Of a stretch of DNA of 64,000 nucleotides, positions 57,501 to 64,000 are shown one piece after another. The stretch is taken from positions 411-64,410 of the forward strand of contig NZ_VYIJ01000007.1 in NCBI RefSeq assembly GCF_008709555.1, given 5' to 3'. The position numbers and the translations under genes are program-made. This DNA is from Thermoplasma sp. (GTDB taxonomy: Archaea; Thermoplasmatota; Thermoplasmata; Thermoplasmatales; Thermoplasmataceae). The first letter of the stretch is position 1, and every line of letters starts with the position of its first letter. The notes under the pieces are model-generated. The model searched no databases and had not been told where the DNA came from. It was given only the letters and a program-made list of their open reading frames with translations.

Positions 57501-58063
57501 TCACCAACGGTGAATATGTTTGCGATGTCTTCTGGCGTGAGCAGGCCGCGTTTTTCAATAAGCCTGGAGTAGGCTTCAGCCTCGGCAAGCGCCCCGTTCA
57601 ATGCGTTATGGGGCCTCCTCTCCGTGCCCAGGCCAAGCGCCATAAGGAGATCGTCAAGCCTTCTCCTTCCACCATGGTAGAGATCGGATGATTCGAAGAG
57701 AACCTTCAGATCGATCTTCCTGTCTATCCTTATCATCCTCATCGAATTAGTTATGCACTCCTGCCCGATGAACGATATATCAAAATCAACGTTGTATCCT
57801 GCAATGGTGTAATCTGAAGAATTCTCTGCATACCATTCCGAGAAGGCCTGGATCATATCGTACATTGCATTTCCTAAGGAGTAGATGTACTCCCTCGTGA
57901 AGCCGTTAACAGCCAGAGCCCCATCCTCGACGACAGCTCCCGGATCCGGCCTAGCCTCCATGTAGAAGCGTATGGACGGCCTTTCATATACAACCGCACC
58001 GATGCTTATCATGCTGCACTTGATGGGATCGAGGCCGGTTGTCTCAACATCGATGAATATCAT
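57488..58063 (-). CDS. DEDD-type 3'-5' exonuclease (DnaQ/RNase T-like)
   Basis: ExoI IFIDVETTGLDP, ExoII AGYNVDFDISFI, ExoIII region HNALNGALAEAEAY. 191 aa. Confidence 0.7.
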   Translation of the reverse strand: MIFIDVETTGLDPIKCSMISIGAVVYERPSIRFYMEARPDPGAVVEDGALAVNGFTREYIYSLGNAMYDMIQAFSEWYAENSSDYTIAGYNVDFDISFIGQECITNSMRMIRIDRKIDLKVLFESSDLYHGGRRRLDDLLMALGLGTERRPHNALNGALAEAEAYSRLIEKRGLLTPEDIANIFTVGDQTA

Positions 58064-58064
58064 C

Positions 58065-59210
58065 TCAGTCCCTGAACCAGTGGTATTTTGCGTATAACGA
58101 TATATCGTATACTATCTTTGTGGCGCCTGCCAGGTAGAGAAGGGATGGCGGCATGGCCTCTATCAGGAATCCTCCTATCGCAGGCCCTGGAACCTGCCCC
58201 AATGTCCGAACCGTTGTGAACACGGAGTTGCTGTTCACCCTGTAGTCTGCGGGTATGATCGTGTTGGTGAAGCTGTCCCGGGCCGGAACATCCATCTGGC
58301 TGGTTGTCTGCCTCAGATACAGGAATGCCTGGCTCGCTATAAGGTTCGGGATGACAGGCATGAGTATCAGGAACACGTTGCTTATGACGTGGGTGTAAAC
58401 CATGGTGCGTATCAACCCTATCCTTCCGGATATGCGCGATGATATCAGTATCGATATGGCCGTCACGATGTTGACTATTATGAATATGAAGCCAGCATAT
58501 CCGAGCGATATGTGGTAAACTACCTTGAACCAGAGCGTGATCATCGATGTGGTCACGAAGCCCCCTCCGAACGCATCGATCGAGAACAGTGCGGACAGAG
58601 ATGAAATGTGCCTCTTCACTTCGCCTGGTATTTCGCTGGAGGCCGATGGCCTGCTGTACTCAGGAAACGAGACCGAAAGGTATATGATGAGCTGGGCCAG
58701 AGCGAACGCAAGAAGGACCATGAATATGTAAGAAAAAACGTAGTGCACGTAGAGAAAGAGAAAAAGAGATGCTATGGCTGCGCTTCCATAGGATCCGAAG
58801 TTGTAAACCGAAAAGGCAGTGTTCTTGTCCTTCTGGTTCTGTTCGTACCTGCTGATTGTATACTGCTCAACGGGCTGATATGCCGAGAAATCGCGGCCAG
58901 TAAGCGAGATGCCGCCTATGAATATCGCCACTATGAAGATGTATACACTGCGCGTGAATATGAGTATGAGGAATGCCAGCACCATGAGCGCGGACAGTAA
59001 TATCATCTTCGGCTTCAGCTTCATTTTCACCCTTGGATATAGAAGGATGAACACCGCACCGGAGACCAGGCTTATGAATATGACGATCGACGTGTAGACG
59101 GCGTTAATGCCCAGCGATGACAGGTAATATGGGACTATGATGGCCATGGCCGCAAATATGAAGGAACGAAAGGCCTTTGCTACGGTCAGAAGCACAGTGT
59201 AGGCATGCAT
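58065..59210 (-). CDS. MFS-type transporter
   Basis: 381 aa with 10-12 hydrophobic helices. Weakly supported family call. Confidence 0.6.
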   Translation of the reverse strand: MHAYTVLLTVAKAFRSFIFAAMAIIVPYYLSSLGINAVYTSIVIFISLVSGAVFILLYPRVKMKLKPKMILLSALMVLAFLILIFTRSVYIFIVAIFIGGISLTGRDFSAYQPVEQYTISRYEQNQKDKNTAFSVYNFGSYGSAAIASLFLFLYVHYVFSYIFMVLLAFALAQLIIYLSVSFPEYSRPSASSEIPGEVKRHISSLSALFSIDAFGGGFVTTSMITLWFKVVYHISLGYAGFIFIIVNIVTAISILISSRISGRIGLIRTMVYTHVISNVFLILMPVIPNLIASQAFLYLRQTTSQMDVPARDSFTNTIIPADYRVNSNSVFTTVRTLGQVPGPAIGGFLIEAMPPSLLYLAGATKIVYDISLYAKYHWFRD

Positions 59211-59255
59211 GAAAATGTATGATAAAAAATGATAAAAAATTGTGCTTTGGAATGT

Positions 59256-59495
59256 TCAGTGCCTCCTGAACAGTGCCACGACAACGAATGATCCGACGAT
59301 GAGCCCTGCAACGGCACCTATCACCAGGTATTCAAACACGATGCTGGAAGGCACAGCCTTCACGGGTTTCGAGACTTCGAAGGTCACCGTGGTTTTCGCG
59401 TGCTGCCCATCTGGGCTTGTTACCAGCAGCGTCACCGTGTAGTTGCCAGGGGATGTGGCCTGGAATGATGCATAATCAGCGCCAAAAATCCACAT
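59256..59495 (-). CDS. small ORF: partial PKD/Ig-like strand motif plus C-terminal TM anchor
   Basis: GNYTVTLLVTSPDGQHAKTTVTFEV resembles the end of a PKD domain. It is followed by a hydrophobic helix IGAVAGLIVGSFVVVALF and the basic tail RRH. There is no signal peptide. Confidence 0.35.
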   Translation of the reverse strand: MWIFGADYASFQATSPGNYTVTLLVTSPDGQHAKTTVTFEVSKPVKAVPSSIVFEYLVIGAVAGLIVGSFVVVALFRRH

Positions 59496-59576
59496 GGTAT
59501 TTTTGGTATATATTTTATTTTATATGCTATTTTTTAGACATAAATGCTTATTTAATATGTATATATCACAGATTCT

Positions 59577-60968
59577 GTGAACAATCATAGATATTCATCA
59601 TTGAGGAGAAACGCGATCGGGCTCAAGGAGAACATGTTCCAGGGCGTTGCCGGTTCAGCGCCAGCGGGTGCTGCCGTTGCGACGCTGACAGGCGCAGCTG
59701 CATACGCCCTCGGATCGCTTCCACTTGCTGCATTCATAGCATTCCTCGTCGTATTTCTTAACGCTTTCATAATCAGCAGGCTTTCAACACGCATAGCAGG
59801 TGCTGGCGGCTACTATTACTACGTCAGGAACGGATTGGGAAGCAGGCCTGCAAGGTTCACAGGTTTCCTTTATATATTCTATCAGATAATGGCCCTCGCC
59901 TTCATATCGTTGAGTGTTGGTGTATTCGTGCCGGCCGTCCTTGGATCTGTATTTGGGATATCAATGCCGGGGTACCTCATGTACGTGCTGATAGTTGTGG
60001 TTCTAGCAGCTGGTTTCCTTATCTCCTATAGCGGCGTCCGCGAGTCAACAAGATACACTATGTACATGGCTATCGCTGAGATGGCAATAGTGGCCGGCAT
60101 GGGAGTCATCATACTGATGATGAAGCCCTCAATAAACACGCTATCCGTGTTCACCCCTAAATTCGCCTATGGCGGCTTATCTGGCGTCGGCATTGGCGTT
60201 CTGCTGATGTATACCGCATTTTCAGGTTTCGGAGCCTCAACTCCATTGGGCGAGGAATCAAGGGAAGCCGAGAAGACAATATCAAGATCGGTCATATTCA
60301 CCGTGATCGTGCTAGGCGCATTCTTTGTCTTCTCATCGTATTACTTCACGGTGGCATGGGGCCCTTCCAACATGGCGAGCTATGCAAGTCCCAATAACCT
60401 CGCTCCGGGCATAACCATCATAAGCAGCTACCTTGGCACGGGCGCAGCTATACTGATAACGGTGCTGTTCATAAACAGCCTTCTGACCGGTACCGTTGTG
60501 GTTACGAACAGCACATCCAGGGTCATGATGGCCATGGCCAGGGACGGCATAATAAGCGAGAACTTCAGTGGCGTAAGCAGCAGGAAGACGCCGCATATAT
60601 CCGCGGCTTTCGTGTCAGGCATGGCAGCCGTCATAGCAATCGTATCCGCCTCGGTGATCGGTGGATTCGGGGCATTCATAATGACAGCCACTGCAGCAAC
60701 CCTTGGCGTACTTCTTGTTCATGGCCTGATAAACGTTTCGCTTCCTGCATCTGACATGCGCCTGCACAGATCCTTTTACGGCAGCGCTTTACTGTCCGTG
60801 GTTTCCATAGCAGTTCTCGGCTTCATATTCTACAGCACGTTCATGTCGATAAGCCTTCCAGTCATAGTAGGATCGGCCGCCTTTGCCCTCTTTTCGGTGG
60901 CCGCACTCGCCATCTCCATAAAGAACATGAGCCATGAGATTCCATCGGAAATCCCAGCAGAAAGCTGA
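59577..60968 (+). CDS. APC superfamily amino acid/polyamine permease
   Basis: 463 aa, 12 TM helices, GTG start. Early glycine-rich segment and overall APC-like topology. Confidence 0.8.
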   Translation: MNNHRYSSLRRNAIGLKENMFQGVAGSAPAGAAVATLTGAAAYALGSLPLAAFIAFLVVFLNAFIISRLSTRIAGAGGYYYYVRNGLGSRPARFTGFLYIFYQIMALAFISLSVGVFVPAVLGSVFGISMPGYLMYVLIVVVLAAGFLISYSGVRESTRYTMYMAIAEMAIVAGMGVIILMMKPSINTLSVFTPKFAYGGLSGVGIGVLLMYTAFSGFGASTPLGEESREAEKTISRSVIFTVIVLGAFFVFSSYYFTVAWGPSNMASYASPNNLAPGITIISSYLGTGAAILITVLFINSLLTGTVVVTNSTSRVMMAMARDGIISENFSGVSSRKTPHISAAFVSGMAAVIAIVSASVIGGFGAFIMTATAATLGVLLVHGLINVSLPASDMRLHRSFYGSALLSVVSIAVLGFIFYSTFMSISLPVIVGSAAFALFSVAALAISIKNMSHEIPSEIPAES

Positions 60969-61036
60969 TCCATAAAGGGTTTAAAGTGAACAAAAATTAT
61001 TAGATTATTAAAAATTTTAAAGAGTTATCCTCTTCT

Positions 61037-62470
61037 TCACGCTTTAACCGTGTACCTCTTTTCGCCCGAGGTGTCTTCCAGGTTCTTCCCCTTTGTCTCG
61101 GGAAGAAGAACAAGCGTCAGCATGAATGCTGCGACCGCAAATATCGCGAGTATGGTGAAGAGGAGTGGCAGGTGGGCCGAGGCATCCGTTCCAAGTATTA
61201 TGGCATCGACAAACGTTCCCACGAATGCACCGGTTTTGCCTCCGGCTGCCGACATGCCAGTTCCAAGCCCCCTGGTCGTGACCGGGAACACCTCAGGTGG
61301 ATACACGAATGTGGTAACGTTTGGCCCGAACATTATGAAGAAGTAGCTCACACCGTATATTGCAAGGAAGATGCTGAGGTTGCCTATTATGGAATGGTAA
61401 CCTATGGCTATTATCGCATAAGATATGGCCATCACCGCAAAGCCCACAAGCTGTATGGTCTTTCTCCCTATCCTGTCTATTGTGAATGTCGCAATCCAGT
61501 ATCCGGGGAATGCTGCTACCGCGAACATCAGCAGCGTGTACTCCGTGGATCTTATCAGGGCTGGAAGGCCCTTTATTGTCGATGGTACAAGGGCCGAAAG
61601 GATCGTTGTTGACATTATCGAGTTTCCGTAGAGGGCCCAGTCCATAAGGAACCATGCTCCCATGGTGCCTATCAGCGTTAGGAGGAATGTCCTGTCCCTG
61701 AACAGTGTGGACCATTTTGCCTTCACAACGTATTTCTCGTCATCTGAAACGTCGACATGTATGCCGGTATACTCCTTCAAATCCCTGGCCGCCTTATTCA
61801 CATCGCCCCTGGCCGCAGCCGTGTATCTTGGGGGCTCAGGCATCTTAAGCCTGAAGTATATCACTATGGCCGCCGGTATCGCGCCTATGGCCAGCAGCGC
61901 CTTCCACGTTATTGCCGGCGATACCCCATGGAGCATGAAAGCCAGCGCTATGAGCGGCCCTGCAACGAGGCCGAAGCTTTGCATGGAAAGTATGCTCCCA
62001 ACGAACTTACCGCGGCTCCTGGTATTCGAGTACTCTGCCATTATGGTAGAGCTTGTTGCATAATCGCCTCCTATGCCTATACCCAGTATGAACCTCCATC
62101 CAATCAGTGCAAGGACGTTGTTGTACGGAGTCAGGAAGGCACTTCCCAGTGCGCCTATTATCAATATACCGAGTTCAAGGCCATATATCCTCTTCCTGCC
62201 CAGGTAGTCCAGAAGCCTCCCGAACACTATGGCACCGATCACCGCAGATATGAGCGATGTGGAGCTTATCAGACCCTTGTAGAACGTATCTATGGTCGTC
62301 CAGCCTGCCAGCGAGAGCAGCGATACGACAACACCTATTATGAACAGGTCATAGGCATCGGTGAAGAAACCGAGGCCAGATATCAGAAGGGTTTTGATGT
62401 GGAAACTTCCCTGAGATCTGTTCAGGGCTTCGTTTATGGCATCCAAACCACCATTGTTCTCTGTCATCAC
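61037..62470 (-). CDS. MFS transporter of the sugar-porter / phosphate:H+ symporter type
   Basis: GRLLDYLGRKRIY after TM2, DRIGRKT in the second half, and C-terminal PETKGKNLE. Confidence 0.85.
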   Translation of the reverse strand: MMTENNGGLDAINEALNRSQGSFHIKTLLISGLGFFTDAYDLFIIGVVVSLLSLAGWTTIDTFYKGLISSTSLISAVIGAIVFGRLLDYLGRKRIYGLELGILIIGALGSAFLTPYNNVLALIGWRFILGIGIGGDYATSSTIMAEYSNTRSRGKFVGSILSMQSFGLVAGPLIALAFMLHGVSPAITWKALLAIGAIPAAIVIYFRLKMPEPPRYTAAARGDVNKAARDLKEYTGIHVDVSDDEKYVVKAKWSTLFRDRTFLLTLIGTMGAWFLMDWALYGNSIMSTTILSALVPSTIKGLPALIRSTEYTLLMFAVAAFPGYWIATFTIDRIGRKTIQLVGFAVMAISYAIIAIGYHSIIGNLSIFLAIYGVSYFFIMFGPNVTTFVYPPEVFPVTTRGLGTGMSAAGGKTGAFVGTFVDAIILGTDASAHLPLLFTILAIFAVAAFMLTLVLLPETKGKNLEDTSGEKRYTVKA

Positions 62471-62594
62471 CTATTTATGGGGGCCGGTTATTTTACATTT
62501 TTCTATATAATATATTTTCAATACATATTTCTATATAGTATATATAAATGAGAGGATCTTTAACCTTAAATATGCTCAGGCATTTGTTAACCGT

Positions 62595-63848
62595 ATGCCT
62601 TTCAGGGCTAAGGTGAGGATACCTGCATCACTGTGCATGAGGTGCAGGGGGGCAAAGAGGCTCTGCGGCCTCTCATACTGTCCAATAGAGATAGAGATGA
62701 TCACGAGATCGAAGGTAAGCGGCCAGAAAAGCGTCAGGGAGATCGATGGTTCGTCGCCGCCATCCGTGTTCGTCGGGCGGTACGGTTATCCAAAGGTCTA
62801 TGTCTATCCATCTGCACCGCCCGTTAAAGGCGATACAAGCAATCTTTCCGTCAGCTCCACGTGGCTTGATATGCCCCTTGAGGAGTTCATATCGGCAAGG
62901 CTGTCCATGCTCAGGGGATCTAAGGAATTCAGAGTTAACGATGCCGTGGATCCGGATAAGCTTCTGCAGAGGATACAGGAGATATCGCTTTCCAGAGGAT
63001 CCGTCGATGTGGATATACTCCTTGAGAAGCCCATCGATACGTCTAAGATAGAGATGGACGATCATGTAACACCGATGGGTCCAGCCTCGCCCATGAAGAC
63101 GTTCACCGTCGATCCATCGAAGACGGATCAGCACATAGAGAAGGTTTACTACGATACGGACATGAAGGCGAAGCATGCAGTCATCCAGCTCTATGAAAGC
63201 GGCCTGGACATGGAGAGGATATCGCAGTCGCTCAGCGTTGGCATAATGGGAGAGGGGAAGAAAAGGAAGATCGTGCCCACCAGATGGTCGATAACTGCCG
63301 TGGACAGCATGGTATCGGATGAACTCGTTGATGATCTGAAGCAGAGGCCGGCGATAGATAAATTTCTCGCGTACAGGATGCGCGTAAATGGAAACTACTT
63401 CATGGCGATCCTTACGCCGTCCAGCTGGATCTATGAATGGGGCGAGTCATGGTTCCCTGGAAGCACCTGGAACATGTGGGGGAGCCAGGCAGAGGTTGAA
63501 ATCGATTACGAGGGATACAACGGCAGGAAGACCTATCCGGACATAGGTGGATGTTACTACTCCAGCAGGGTTGCAGTGGGCGAAGCCTTCAGGAAGATGG
63601 GTAGGAGCGGCGGTGCGATAACATGGCGTGAGATATACCCGGGCTTCAACATACCTGTCGGCGTCTGGTTCGTCCGCGAGAACATCCGAAGGCTCTTCTC
63701 ACAGAGGCCTGAGGCATTCGATACGATAGATGAAGCCATAAAATACGTATCGGAGTGGATGAAGGTGCCGCCGGAGAAGTGGAAATCCAACTCTTACGTG
63801 TACAGGACGCTGAAGTATGAAAACCTCGAGAGGTTTTTCAGCCTATGA
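62595..63848 (+). CDS. Nre-family (NreA-like) archaeal DNA repair protein
   Basis: N-terminal Cys cluster LCMRCRGAKRLCGLSYCPI, and conserved blocks SSPPSVFVGRYGYPKV, PTRWSITAVD, GGCYYSSR. The C-terminus ends in YENLERFFSL (PIP-box-like). The family call is from memory of COG1602-type proteins. Confidence 0.65.
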   Translation: MPFRAKVRIPASLCMRCRGAKRLCGLSYCPIEIEMITRSKVSGQKSVREIDGSSPPSVFVGRYGYPKVYVYPSAPPVKGDTSNLSVSSTWLDMPLEEFISARLSMLRGSKEFRVNDAVDPDKLLQRIQEISLSRGSVDVDILLEKPIDTSKIEMDDHVTPMGPASPMKTFTVDPSKTDQHIEKVYYDTDMKAKHAVIQLYESGLDMERISQSLSVGIMGEGKKRKIVPTRWSITAVDSMVSDELVDDLKQRPAIDKFLAYRMRVNGNYFMAILTPSSWIYEWGESWFPGSTWNMWGSQAEVEIDYEGYNGRKTYPDIGGCYYSSRVAVGEAFRKMGRSGGAITWREIYPGFNIPVGVWFVRENIRRLFSQRPEAFDTIDEAIKYVSEWMKVPPEKWKSNSYVYRTLKYENLERFFSL

Positions 63849-64000
63849 GGGTAATAGAGATAGAAGTGAAGACAGCGCTGCAGAAGTCCGGCCTCAGGGA
63901 GCTTGACTACAGCCTTAACCCGTACCTGGGATGCATGCACAGGTGCCTTTACTGCTACGCGATGGATATGACGAAGGATACGAGGGCCTCATCTGACTGG
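63845..64000 (+). CDS. radical SAM protein (SplB/COG1533 DNA-repair-photolyase-like), 3'-partial
   Basis: The ATGA overlap couples it to the Nre stop. LNPYLGCMHRCLYCYA is the N-terminal CxxxCxxC signature of this family. It runs off the window end. Confidence 0.7.
   Translation, partial: MRVIEIEVKTALQKSGLRELDYSLNPYLGCMHRCLYCYAMDMTKDTRASSDW

Noticed and set aside
61757-62551. 264-aa ORF antisense to the MFS phosphate/sugar transporter; similarly 20509-21111 antisense to the 564-aa radical SAM gene and 62673-63176 antisense to the Nre gene
   Set aside because: In each case the opposite strand carries clear family motifs. These frames are Arg/His/Tyr-rich artefacts.
62480-62560. Direct repeats of tttctatata / atatata between the MFS and Nre genes, considered as a possible repeat array
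   Set aside because: They are short, AT-only, and sit exactly where divergent TATA boxes are expected. No spacer-repeat periodicity was seen. No CRISPR-like array was seen anywhere in the window.

Overview
This is a dense archaeal chromosomal segment. TBP, the PolD small subunit, ribosomal protein eL41, an archaeal-type 7S/SRP RNA, an intron-containing tRNA-Trp and many TATA boxes about 25 nt upstream of start codons (leaderless style) all point that way. Gene content and moderate GC (judged by eye, not computed) suggest a Thermoplasmatales-like euryarchaeon; this is an inference. I support about 65 protein genes, 3 tRNAs (Val-UAC, Trp-CCA with a 70-nt intron, Arg-UCU), one SRP RNA and one decayed IS607/TnpB-type element. 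Functional themes: (i) fatty-acid and electron-transfer genes (acyl-CoA dehydrogenase, acyl-CoA synthetase, EtfAB, dienoyl-CoA-reductase-like SDR, a membrane HdrD/DsrMK-like Fe-S oxidoreductase); (ii) sufCBD with a divergent winged-helix regulator and a DUF59/SufT gene; (iii) a futalosine-type menaquinone cluster (MqnA-like plus two MqnC/E-type radical SAM genes) that also holds a large B12-domain-like radical SAM gene; (iv) housekeeping genes (guaB, glyS, truD, tbp, polD-small, eL41); (v) many transporters (7 MFS, APC, DMT, TDT, Amt, two ABC systems). I saw no CRISPR array, no intact mobile element and no obvious defence island. I did not find a convincing wholly new multi-gene system. The best second-look items are the radical SAM gene inside the mqn cluster, the internally deleted IS remnant that keeps the region where a TnpB guide RNA would lie, the box C/D-like tRNA-Trp intron, an EtfD-like membrane oxidoreductase, an aldehyde-dehydrogenase-fold protein lacking its catalytic Cys, an ankyrin-OsmC gene pair, and an Nre plus radical-SAM repair pair. 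Two genes are absent from or masked in the supplied ORF track: eL41, and the SRP RNA, which is covered by spurious ORFs. All family calls rest on motifs read by eye; no database search was run.
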